Below are positions 9,361-17,872 of a stretch of DNA of 60,031 nt, one piece after another. Made by a program: the position numbers and the translations under genes. Source of the DNA: an uncultured Erysipelotrichaceae bacterium (lineage in GTDB: Bacteria; Bacillota_I; Bacilli_A; RF39; UBA660); contig CACZST010000025.1 in assembly GCA_902783895.1 (NCBI GenBank), positions 1 to 60,031 of the forward strand, read 5' to 3'. Every line of letters begins with the position of its first letter. Within the stretch, counting starts at the first letter, position 1. Under the pieces are notes generated by a model that saw nothing but the letters and a program-made list of their open reading frames with translations, searched no databases and was not told the origin of the DNA.

Positions 9361-9413
9361 AATTATTTACTTTTTTTTTGCGGTGATATATAATTATTTA
9401 AGAGGATGATATT

Positions 9414-10166
9414 ATGAAGGCATTAATTACAGGAGCAGGATCAGGTATAGGAGCGGATATTGCTAGAGTTTTAGTAGATGAGGGATATGAAGTTATTTTA
9501 GTATCAAAAGGTAAAGTTAAACTAGAAAAAGTAGCTAAGGAGCTTGGAGAAAAGGCAACCGCTATTCCTATGGATATTTCTAGTACTTATAATTGTATGG
9601 ATTTATATAATCAAGTTAAGAAGGAAAATATTGATATATTAATCAATTGTGCAGGATTTGGTCTTTTCGGGGAATTTACTGATACTAATATTGATAAAGA
9701 GCTTGATATGATTGATTTAAATATTAAAGCCTTACATACTTTAACTAAACTATTTTTAAAAGATTTTGTTAGAAAAGATCAAGGTTATATTTTAAATGTT
9801 GCATCTTGTGCAGGTTTTATGCCAGGACCTTTGATGGCAACTTATTATGCGACTAAAAATTATGTAGTTAGTTTAACTAAGGCAATTTCTTTTGAACTAA
9901 AGAAAAATGGTAGTAATGTTTCTATTAGTGCTTTATGTCCAGGGCCAGTTGATACTAACTTTAATAAGATAGCAAAGGTTGAATTTTCTCTTAAAGGATT
10001 AAACAGTATGGATGTAGCTAAGTATGCGGTTCAAAAGATGTTTGATGAGAAATTAATTATAATACCAGGCTTTAAAATGAAGTCACTTATTAATTTGAGT
10101 AAGTTTGTACCTACTTCAATGCTTTTAAACATTGTTTATAATGGACAAAGGAGTAAATCTAAGTGA
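9414..10166 (+). CDS. Short-chain dehydrogenase/reductase (SDR) family oxidoreductase
   Basis: 250 aa. 'TGAGSGIG' is the cofactor motif, 'NCAG' is present, and the catalytic 'YYATK' (YxxxK) follows 'NVAS'. Confidence 0.85.
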   Translation: MKALITGAGSGIGADIARVLVDEGYEVILVSKGKVKLEKVAKELGEKATAIPMDISSTYNCMDLYNQVKKENIDILINCAGFGLFGEFTDTNIDKELDMIDLNIKALHTLTKLFLKDFVRKDQGYILNVASCAGFMPGPLMATYYATKNYVVSLTKAISFELKKNGSNVSISALCPGPVDTNFNKIAKVEFSLKGLNSMDVAKYAVQKMFDEKLIIIPGFKMKSLINLSKFVPTSMLLNIVYNGQRSKSK

Positions 10167-10212
10167 TTTATTTTTTTTAATTAAATATGATATAATTAGG
10201 GTGGTGTTTTAA

Positions 10213-11397
10213 ATGAAAAAAATATTAGATTATGATGAAATGAAAGAACTTTTGGATTCACTTGATAATAATATTATAAAAAAAGAAGAACCTATCGGTT
10301 TTTCTAATTTTGGTTATCCAATTGATCATTATACATATGGTAATGGTGAATATCATATGATTATAACTTCTGGTACTCATTCATCTGAACTTATAACTAA
10401 TATCTTTGTTATTAGATTTATGGAAAAACTTTCATTAAAAGAAATATATATTGATCCTAATAAATATACAATTCATTTTATTCCTTTTGTTAATCCAGAG
10501 GGAACAATTATTGTTACTAAAGCAATAAGATCATTAATTGGAAAAAATATTTCATGGGATGCTGAACAAACATATTGTTTAACATTTTATAGGAACTGTA
10601 GAATAGAAGGTATATATTCTAATTCTTTGGAAAACCATGATGTTAAACTTGAACAGTGGATGTTTAGAAGAGCAACTCCTGATATTTTAGGTGAGGAACA
10701 TAAAGATTTAAAAATGAGTTTGAAGAAGTTATATGAAGATAATGATTTACCAATTGGATCAATGATTAATTGGTCAAGTAATGGTAGAGGTGTTGATTTA
10801 AATAGTAATTTAGAAAGTAGTACGTTTATTGACAGAATTGAAAAGGGAGAGGCTATTTATTCTAAATTACATTTAGGAAATATTAGAAGAGATAAATTAG
10901 GTCCATTAGGTTGTCCTTATTATGAAAAAAAGGGAGATATTGAACCAGAAAATAAAGCTTTATATAATTTTTATGAAAGTATTAAAAATAATCATAAATT
11001 AATTGGTTCACTTATATATCATAGCTGCGGGGATATTATTATGTATAATGATGATTTAACATTTAAAAATCCTTGGCAAGAAGATTTTGATTCTAAGGAT
11101 ACTTTTAAAAATAAAATAGTTGCGGAAAAATATGCGAGTATTACAGGGTATAAACTGGATAAAAGTGAAATTTATACAACAGTTGATGCTAAATTAAAAA
11201 CTTTATATCCAGTTAGTTTATTAATTGAACTTGGAAGTGTTACTGGAACGCCACTTTCACAATTTTTAGATTTAGATATTCCTGGTAGTGGTGTGGGATT
11301 TAAAAATGTTTATACAAATATAATAGAAAAAAATAGTAAAGCAATTTTAGAAGTTTTACCTTTAATGGCAGATATTTACGAGGTAAATTATGAGTAA
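10213..11397 (+). CDS. M14-family zinc carboxypeptidase-like protein (gamma-D-glutamyl-diamino-acid peptidase-like)
   Basis: 394 aa. 'SGTHSSE' fits the HxxE zinc motif. 'FVNPEG' is present. 'IYHSCGDIIMY' fits the third zinc-ligand His block of M14 peptidases. No signal peptide. Confidence 0.65.
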   Translation: MKKILDYDEMKELLDSLDNNIIKKEEPIGFSNFGYPIDHYTYGNGEYHMIITSGTHSSELITNIFVIRFMEKLSLKEIYIDPNKYTIHFIPFVNPEGTIIVTKAIRSLIGKNISWDAEQTYCLTFYRNCRIEGIYSNSLENHDVKLEQWMFRRATPDILGEEHKDLKMSLKKLYEDNDLPIGSMINWSSNGRGVDLNSNLESSTFIDRIEKGEAIYSKLHLGNIRRDKLGPLGCPYYEKKGDIEPENKALYNFYESIKNNHKLIGSLIYHSCGDIIMYNDDLTFKNPWQEDFDSKDTFKNKIVAEKYASITGYKLDKSEIYTTVDAKLKTLYPVSLLIELGSVTGTPLSQFLDLDIPGSGVGFKNVYTNIIEKNSKAILEVLPLMADIYEVNYE

Positions 11398-11980
11398 ACA
11401 ACTTTTTACTATTGATGTTACTAATAGGATATTAGAAATATATGAAGATGATATTTTAATAAAAAAAATAGATAATGTTTGGATAGGTAAAAATGGATAT
11501 GCTTTAGAATCTGACATGGTTGAGGGTAATGAGAAGACGCCACTGGGCTTTTATAATTTAGGTGTGGCTTTTGGAATGCATGATTTAAATATTTCTTATC
11601 CTTATTTTAAAATAGAGGATAATGATTATTGGGTAGATGATTCTAATTCAAAACATTATAATTATATGGTTAGAATTGGAAAAGAAATAGAAGATTTTGG
11701 TTATCCTTATATAATATCTTTAAATGAAAAGGATTTTACTTCAGCAGAACATTTAATTACATTTAAAAAGCAATATGAGTACGCTGTATTTATTGAGTAT
11801 AATTGTTTTAATCAAATTGAAAATGGTATTGGAAATAATAAGAGTTCAGCAATATTTCTTCATTGTCATGGGGATAAAGGTTATACTGGTGGTTGTGTTG
11901 CTGTTTCTAGAGAAGATATGAAATATATTTTGAATATTTTAGATAAAAATAAAAATCCACAAATACTTATAAAAAAATAA
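11390..11980 (+). CDS. L,D-transpeptidase/YkuD-fold catalytic domain protein
   Basis: 196 aa. 'SAIFLHCHGDKGYTGGCVAVSRED' fits the YkuD His...(S/T)xGC active-site pattern. It overlaps the M14 gene by 8 nt. Confidence 0.6.
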   Translation: MSKQLFTIDVTNRILEIYEDDILIKKIDNVWIGKNGYALESDMVEGNEKTPLGFYNLGVAFGMHDLNISYPYFKIEDNDYWVDDSNSKHYNYMVRIGKEIEDFGYPYIISLNEKDFTSAEHLITFKKQYEYAVFIEYNCFNQIENGIGNNKSSAIFLHCHGDKGYTGGCVAVSREDMKYILNILDKNKNPQILIKK

Positions 11981-11982
11981 AT

Positions 11983-12019
11983 AGAATTTATAAATTATTT
12001 TGTAAATTCTTTTATTTTT
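11983..12019 (+). terminator. Intrinsic terminator closing the accessory block
   Basis: The stem pairs AGAATTTA (11983-11990) with TAAATTCT (12003-12010), followed by a T-rich tract. Confidence 0.5.
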
Positions 12020-12051
12020 GTTATATAATAGGAGATAAAGTTGGTGGTATT

Positions 12052-12837
12052 ATGGAATCATTGAAATTTAAAAATGTTAAATACAAAAATGTTTTAAATG
12101 ATTTAAGTTTTAAGGTGGAAAAAAATGATTTTTTAACAGTAATTGGCTTAAATGGAAGTGGAAAAAGTACAATTGTTAAAATACTTATGGGACTTTTAGA
12201 ATTTCAAGGAATGATTTTGATTGATGATATTGCGCTTAATGATAACACATTAAATGTTACTGATAGAAAAATAAGTTTTGCGGTTAATGATTTGGATGAG
12301 CTTATTTTAGCGGAAACTGTGTTTGACGAATTAGCTTTTCCTTTAGAAAATTTAGGAAAAGTACCTGCACATATAAATAAATTAGTACATGAAGTTGCTG
12401 AAAGATTACAGATTGAAAATTTACTTTATAAAAAACCTTTAGAGCTTAATTTTGAAGAGAAAAAAATTGTATCTTTTGCAGCATCTATTATTTCAAAACC
12501 AGATATACTGGTACTTGATAATATAATTGAGGGACTTAGTTATAATAATAGAAAAAAAATTATTGATATATTATTAGAATATAAAGATAAAATTACAATT
12601 GTTAATTTTACTACGAATTCTGAAGAGAGTTTACTAGGTAATAAAGTTGCAATTTTAGATAAAGGAAAAATTGTTTGTTTAAAAAAATTAAACGATTTTT
12701 ATAAGGAAACAGATGAAATTTCAAAATATATAGAATTACCTTTTTCTGTTGATTTATCAAATAGATTAAAGTTTTACGATTTAACGGATAAATTATATTT
12801 TGATTTAGAAAAATTGGTGAATGATTTATGGAAGTAA
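12052..12837 (+). CDS. ecfA1: ECF transporter ATPase component A1, with degenerate catalytic motifs
   Basis: 261 aa. Walker A 'GLNGSGKST' is intact. The signature position reads 'LNFEEKK', Walker B reads 'LVLDN' (no Glu), and the H-loop position reads 'NFTTNSEE'. It lies in the conserved ecfA-ecfA'-ecfT-truA context. Confidence 0.85.
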   Translation: MESLKFKNVKYKNVLNDLSFKVEKNDFLTVIGLNGSGKSTIVKILMGLLEFQGMILIDDIALNDNTLNVTDRKISFAVNDLDELILAETVFDELAFPLENLGKVPAHINKLVHEVAERLQIENLLYKKPLELNFEEKKIVSFAASIISKPDILVLDNIIEGLSYNNRKKIIDILLEYKDKITIVNFTTNSEESLLGNKVAILDKGKIVCLKKLNDFYKETDEISKYIELPFSVDLSNRLKFYDLTDKLYFDLEKLVNDLWK

Positions 12838-13646
12838 AAAATGTAAGTTATAAAATTGGTGATAATTTAGTATTAAATAATATATCTTTAGATGCAGCTG
12901 AAGGAAAAATTATTGGAATTTTAGGAAGTGGTGGTAGTGGTAAGTCTTCTTTAATTTCAATAATGTCTGGGCTTAATTTACCAAATGATGGCGAAGTTAT
13001 TTATAATAAAAGTAAGGTTACTTCCGATAAAATTATTGGAGTTGGAAATTTAAGAAAAAATGTTGGTGTTTTATATCAAAATTTGGATGATCAATTTTTC
13101 TTAGATACTGTTAGAGAAGAATTGGAATTTGCGCTTAGGGAGTATAAAGTTGATGATATAGATAAAAGGGTAAAGGATTCTTTAAAAATGGTTGGATTAG
13201 ACGAGGAATACTTAAATAAAGATCCTATGAAATTAAGTAGTGGTGAAAAAAGATTAGTTGGTCTTTCAATGATTTTATCTTTTAATCCTAAGGTATTTTT
13301 ACTTGATGAGCCTTTATACAATTTAGATGGTTTAAATAGAAAAAAAGTTATTAAATTATTAAAATTAATGAAAAATAGATATAAAAAAACAATAGTTATT
13401 GCGACTAATGATAGTGATTTACTTTTAGAAGTTGCAAATAGAATATATGTTTTAAATAAGGGAAAAATTGTTTTAGAGGGTACTAAATATAAAGTTTTAA
13501 AAAATGATTTAACTAAGTATGATATAAATATGCCCAAAATTATTAATTTTAATAAGACTGTTAATGATTTAAAAGGTATAGATATAGGCTATAGAGATAA
13601 TATGAATGATTTAATGAAGGATATATATAGATATGTTAGAAAATAG
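12828..13646 (+). CDS. ecfA2: ECF transporter ATPase component A2
   Basis: 272 aa. Walker A is 'GSGGSGKSS', the Q-loop is 'LYQN', the signature is 'LSSGEKR', and Walker B is 'FLLDEP'. The H-loop position reads 'IATNDSD' (no His). Confidence 0.85.
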   Translation: MEVKNVSYKIGDNLVLNNISLDAAEGKIIGILGSGGSGKSSLISIMSGLNLPNDGEVIYNKSKVTSDKIIGVGNLRKNVGVLYQNLDDQFFLDTVREELEFALREYKVDDIDKRVKDSLKMVGLDEEYLNKDPMKLSSGEKRLVGLSMILSFNPKVFLLDEPLYNLDGLNRKKVIKLLKLMKNRYKKTIVIATNDSDLLLEVANRIYVLNKGKIVLEGTKYKVLKNDLTKYDINMPKIINFNKTVNDLKGIDIGYRDNMNDLMKDIYRYVRK

Positions 13647-14355
13647 AATGTATAAATTAACTCCACTTTCAAAAATAATTTCTTTAGCTTTATTTACGTT
13701 AATATTTTTAATAAATCATGATTTATTTATAAGTTTAATATTGATTATATTTGTATATTTTTTACTTAAAATTTCTAATATTTCTTTAAAAAGTGTATTT
13801 AATTATATAAAATATTATACTATTTTGATTTTAGGAATTTTTATAATTGTTTTACTTGTCAGTAATGATATATTTTTCTCTGTTTCTTTATCAATTAACT
13901 TTGCTTTACTTTTAATATATGTTATGATATTAATGCATACGACGCCTTTAAGTGAGGTTGTTTATGGGTTTAGACAAATTTTTGGGCAAGTTGATAAATT
14001 TGGAGTTAAATCAGATGATCTTTCACTTAATTTTGCTTTATTTTTAGATTATTTTTCTATATTTTCAAAGGAAAATGAAAGAATTTTGAAAGCGGAAGCA
14101 AGTCGTGGACTTGACTATCATTATTTAAATTATAAACTTAAAATTAAAGTGTTTATGTATATGTATAAACCAGCATTTAAATATACGTTTATTAAATTAA
14201 ATGATTTAAGAAAAAAATTTGTTTTAAATTATTATTGTACTTATAATGAGAAAACAAATTATAATACGAATGCTTGGTCAAAATATGATAGTTATTTACT
14301 TTTAAGTTATTTATTTATATTTATAATTATGTTTTTGAAGGGAGTAATTTTATGA
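13633..14355 (+). CDS. ecfT: ECF transporter transmembrane (T) component
   Basis: 240 aa polytopic protein. 'AEASRGLD' matches the coupling-helix xRG motif. Position after the two ecfA genes fits. Confidence 0.75.
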   Translation: MLENRMYKLTPLSKIISLALFTLIFLINHDLFISLILIIFVYFLLKISNISLKSVFNYIKYYTILILGIFIIVLLVSNDIFFSVSLSINFALLLIYVMILMHTTPLSEVVYGFRQIFGQVDKFGVKSDDLSLNFALFLDYFSIFSKENERILKAEASRGLDYHYLNYKLKIKVFMYMYKPAFKYTFIKLNDLRKKFVLNYYCTYNEKTNYNTNAWSKYDSYLLLSYLFIFIIMFLKGVIL

Positions 14356-15095
14356 GATATTTTATGACTTTTGCTTATGATGGTTCAAAATATAAGGGTT
14401 ATCAAATTCAACCTAAAGAAAAGACTGTTCAGGGTGAAATTGAGAAAGCTTTAAAAAAAATAAATGCAGGTAAAAAAGTTACAATTCATGCTTCTGGAAG
14501 AACTGATGCTGGAGTGCATGCATATAATCAAAAAGCTCATTTTGATTTAGATATGAAAAATATTACTCCAGAGAAATTGAGAGATGGTCTTAATAGTTTA
14601 CTTCCAAAAGATATATATATTAAGGAAATTGAAATTGTATCTGATGATTTTCATGCAAGATTTGATGTTAAGGCAAAAGAGTATATATATGTGATTAATA
14701 TGGGTGAATATAATCCAATTGAAAAAGATTATATATATCAATATAATAAAAAATTAGATGTTGTTGAGATGGAAAGAGCGCTTAAATATTTAGAGGGAAC
14801 TCATAATTTTAAATCATTTACAAAGACTGATGATGAGAAAGATGATTATGTAAGAACTATTGTGCAAACAAATTTATATAGAGAGCTTAAAAATGTTAAT
14901 AAAATAACTCTTAGCTTCTTAGGTACTGGTTTTTTAAGGTATCAAGTTCGTAATATGATAGGTACTTTAATTGAAATTGGTGAGGGTAAAAGAAGAAGTG
15001 AGGATATTATTGATATTTTAGCTAAGCAGGATAGAAGAAAAGCTGGTAAGACGGCGGCACCTGAGGGACTTTATTTAAAGGATGTTTTATATTAA
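14352..15095 (+). CDS. truA: tRNA pseudouridine(38-40) synthase
   Basis: 247 aa. 'Y.G..Y.GYQIQP', the catalytic 'SGRTDAGVHA' and 'FLRYQVRNMIG' match TruA. Confidence 0.95.
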   Translation: MRYFMTFAYDGSKYKGYQIQPKEKTVQGEIEKALKKINAGKKVTIHASGRTDAGVHAYNQKAHFDLDMKNITPEKLRDGLNSLLPKDIYIKEIEIVSDDFHARFDVKAKEYIYVINMGEYNPIEKDYIYQYNKKLDVVEMERALKYLEGTHNFKSFTKTDDEKDDYVRTIVQTNLYRELKNVNKITLSFLGTGFLRYQVRNMIGTLIEIGEGKRRSEDIIDILAKQDRRKAGKTAAPEGLYLKDVLY

Positions 15096-15112
15096 AAAAA
15101 AGCGTATTATTA

Positions 15113-15141
15113 TTGACTTTTTAGTAACTTTTTTATATAAT
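15113..15141 (+). promoter_or_regulatory. Sigma-A type promoter for rplM-rpsI
   Basis: TTGACT (15113-15118), a 17-nt spacer, then TATAAT (15136-15141). Confidence 0.7.
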
Positions 15142-15147
15142 TAAAAC

Positions 15148-15222
15148 TGGTACATTTAATTATCCCACATTGCGTAAGTTCTGGGAAAACTTACCTAATG
15201 TAAAGGAGAAAGGAAAATATAT
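15148..15222 (+). promoter_or_regulatory. Structured rplM 5' leader (possible L13 autoregulatory leader)
   Basis: There are two mutually exclusive helices. GTAAGTT (15174-15180) pairs with AACTTAC (15188-15194). TCCCA (15163-15167) pairs with TGGGA (15182-15186). Both lie just upstream of the AAGGAG SD. Confidence 0.35.
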
Positions 15223-15654
15223 ATGAAGACATATATGCAAAGAAAAGAAGACGTTGTTCGCAACTGGTATGTTGTTGATGCTGAAGGTCAAACTTTAGGA
15301 CGTCTAGCTACTAAAGTAGCAAGTGTTTTAAGAGGTAAAAATAAACCTACTTATACTCCTCATGTAGATGGTGGAGATTACGTTATTATTGTTAATGCTA
15401 ATAAAGTTGTATTAACAGGTAATAAATTAAATGATAAGATTTATTACAATCATAGTGGTTATCCAGGTGGATTAAGAGAGAGAACAGCTAAAGAAATGAT
15501 TGAAAAATACCCAGTTGAAATGGTTGAAAGAGCTGTTAAAGGTATGCTTCCAAAAGGAAGACTTGGTAGACAAATGTATAAAAAATTATTTGTATATGCA
15601 GAAGGAAATCATCCACATAGTGCTCAAATGCCAAAAGCACTTAAGATGGACTAG
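15223..15654 (+). CDS. rplM: 50S ribosomal protein L13
   Basis: 143 aa. '[32 protein letters not shown]' is canonical L13. Confidence 0.97.
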   Translation: MKTYMQRKEDVVRNWYVVDAEGQTLGRLATKVASVLRGKNKPTYTPHVDGGDYVIIVNANKVVLTGNKLNDKIYYNHSGYPGGLRERTAKEMIEKYPVEMVERAVKGMLPKGRLGRQMYKKLFVYAEGNHPHSAQMPKALKMD

Positions 15655-15665
15655 GAGGGCTAAAC

Positions 15666-16079
15666 ATGGCTGAAAGAATTTTTAAAGGTATTGGAAGAAG
15701 AAAAAGCTCTGTTGCTAGAGTATCAATGGTACCTGGTAAAGGTAGTATTACTGTTAATGGTAGAGATGTTAGAGAATTCTTCCCATATGAAACAAACGTT
15801 ATGGATTTAATGCAACCATTAGTTGCTACAAATAATGAAAATACATTTGATATTACTGCTAAAGTTAACGGTGGTGGATTTGACGGACAAACTGGTGCTA
15901 TTAGATTAGGTATTGCTAGAGCTTTACTTGAATATGATAAAGATAATGAAGGTAAAGAAGATAGCTATAGAACTATTTTAAAAAGAGCTGGTTTTGTTAC
16001 TAGAGATCCAAGAGTTAAAGAAAGAAAGAAACCTGGACTTAAAGGTGCTCGTAGAGCTCCACAATTCTCAAAGAGATAG
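15666..16079 (+). CDS. rpsI: 30S ribosomal protein S9
   Basis: 137 aa. '[12 protein letters not shown]', '[16 protein letters not shown]' and the C-terminal 'RAPQFSKR' match S9. Confidence 0.97.
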   Translation: MAERIFKGIGRRKSSVARVSMVPGKGSITVNGRDVREFFPYETNVMDLMQPLVATNNENTFDITAKVNGGGFDGQTGAIRLGIARALLEYDKDNEGKEDSYRTILKRAGFVTRDPRVKERKKPGLKGARRAPQFSKR

Positions 16080-16097
16080 GATTTATACCACTTATAA

Positions 16098-16130
16098 TTC
16101 TCATAAACTTATGTTTATGGGAATTTTTTT
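16098..16130 (+). terminator. Intrinsic terminator after rpsI
   Basis: An 11-bp stem pairs TTCTCATAAAC with GTTTATGGGAA (one G-U pair), has a TTAT loop, and is followed by T7. Confidence 0.8.
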
Positions 16131-16325
16131 GTAAAATTTATTGTAAAGTGCGATTATATTTTAAAAATTACTTGTATATTTTATTTTTTATAAATATACT
16201 AATAATAGAAGGTAGGTCATTATAAAAGGGCTGGTGTGCGCTAATTCAATAGCTAACGACCTTCCTTTTTTTATACAAAATTGGAAAGTTATGGTATACT
16301 ATTAGTGATAAAAGAAGGTGATTAA

Positions 16326-17198
16326 ATGCTTAGACTTAGTGAAGGTTGGAAAGACTATGAATGCCTTGATGCGGGAAATGGTGAAAAATTAGAACGCTGG
16401 GGTAATATTATTTTAAGAAGACCTGAGCCTCAGGCAATGTGGACAAATAAACTTGATGATAAATGGAAGAATGTTGATGGTTTTTATCATAGATCAAATC
16501 AAGGTGGGGGATACTGGGATTTTAATAAAAAATTACCAGAATACTGGACTATTAGATATAAAGAATTAACATTTAAAGTAACACCGACAGGTTTTAAGCA
16601 TACTGGTTTATTTCCTGAGCAAGCGGTTAATTGGGATTTTATGATGGATAAGATAAGGAAAGCAAATAGGGAAATAAAGGTGCTTAATTTATTTGCTTAT
16701 ACAGGTGCTGCTAGTATGGCTTGTTTGAAGGCTGGAGCGTCAGTTGTTCAAGTTGATTCATCTAAAGGTATGACTGAATGGGCTAAAGAAAATAGAGATT
16801 TATGTGGTCTTTCTGATAAACCAATTAGATTTATTGTAGATGATTGTTTAAAATTTGTTGAAAGAGAGTATAGGAGAGGTCATAAATATGATGCTATTGT
16901 AATGGATCCGCCAAGTTATGGTAGAGGTCCAAATAAAGAGGTATGGAAGTTTGAGAAAAATATGACCTATTTATTAGAAGCATGTCTTAAAATATTAAGT
17001 GATAAACCTTTATTTTTACTTATTAATGCTTATACGACTGGGGTTTCTAATATTGTACTTGGTAATATGCTTAAGGAAATGATGCTTCCTATTTATCCTG
17101 ATGGTAAGGTTGATTCAGGTGAAGTTGGTCTTAAGATTACTAAAGATAATTTAATATTACCTTGTGGTATTTATGGGAGATGGGAAAGCAATGATTAA
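16326..17198 (+). CDS. Class I SAM-dependent (rRNA large-subunit type) methyltransferase
   Basis: 290 aa. 'LNLFAYTGAAS' is a motif I-like SAM pocket. 'VMDPPSYGRG' is the DPP(Y/F) catalytic motif of RlmI/RlmK-like enzymes. Confidence 0.8.
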   Translation: MLRLSEGWKDYECLDAGNGEKLERWGNIILRRPEPQAMWTNKLDDKWKNVDGFYHRSNQGGGYWDFNKKLPEYWTIRYKELTFKVTPTGFKHTGLFPEQAVNWDFMMDKIRKANREIKVLNLFAYTGAASMACLKAGASVVQVDSSKGMTEWAKENRDLCGLSDKPIRFIVDDCLKFVEREYRRGHKYDAIVMDPPSYGRGPNKEVWKFEKNMTYLLEACLKILSDKPLFLLINAYTTGVSNIVLGNMLKEMMLPIYPDGKVDSGEVGLKITKDNLILPCGIYGRWESND

Positions 17199-17844
17199 TG
17201 TTATTTATGAGGATAATCATTTGCTTGTGGTTGAAAAACCTATTAATATACCTGTACAAGCTGATGATAGTGGTGATTTAGATTTTTTAACAATTCTTAA
17301 AAATTATTTAAAAGAAAAATATGATAAGCCGGGCAATGTTTATTTAGGACTTGTTCATAGACTTGATAGACCAGTTGGTGGTGTTATGGTTTTTGCTAAA
17401 ACTTCTAAGGCGGCTAAAAGGCTTTCTAAACAAATTCAAAAAAACGAAATGAAAAAAATTTATTATGCGGTTATAGAAGGTAAAGTTCAAGATAGCGGCA
17501 GTTTTATTGATAAACTAGAAAAAGATCATAAAACTAATATGACCTTTGTTTCAGAAAATGGTAAAGAAGCAGAGCTTAGTTATACATTGTCTGGTTTTAT
17601 TAATGGTTTATCTTTGGTAAGAATTAAGCTAAAAACTGGTCGTAGTCATCAAATAAGAGTTCAGTTTTCTTCAAGAAAAATGCCTTTATATGGTGATCAA
17701 AGGTATAATAAAAAAGCAGAAAAAGCTCAAATTGCTTTATTTGCAAAATCACTTGACTTAAAGCATCCTGTTACTAAGGAAATTATGCATTTTGAATTAC
17801 CACTTCCAGAGAGATATCCATTTACATTATTTAAGTCTGAATAA
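17191..17844 (+). CDS. RluA-family pseudouridine synthase (no S4 domain)
   Basis: The start is ATG 17191 ('MINVIYEDNHLLVVEKP'), overlapping the upstream stop. The catalytic 'HRLDRPVGG' and 'TGRSHQIRVQ' match the family. Confidence 0.88.
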   Translation: MINVIYEDNHLLVVEKPINIPVQADDSGDLDFLTILKNYLKEKYDKPGNVYLGLVHRLDRPVGGVMVFAKTSKAAKRLSKQIQKNEMKKIYYAVIEGKVQDSGSFIDKLEKDHKTNMTFVSENGKEAELSYTLSGFINGLSLVRIKLKTGRSHQIRVQFSSRKMPLYGDQRYNKKAEKAQIALFAKSLDLKHPVTKEIMHFELPLPERYPFTLFKSE

Positions 17845-17872
17845 TTAATGGACAAGAGGTATTTAATAATAG

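Noticed and set aside
13091-13537. 148-aa ORF antisense to ecfA2
   Set aside because: It is embedded in a recognisable ABC ATPase gene and has no start context.
16208-16272. Assignment of the rpsI-downstream hairpin element to a known riboswitch class (SAM/SAH, preQ1, guanidine-II, fluoride)
   Set aside because: None of the conserved cores I can recall is present. It contains an ACGA but not in the paired mini-ykkC hairpin context. It is reported only as an unclassified candidate.
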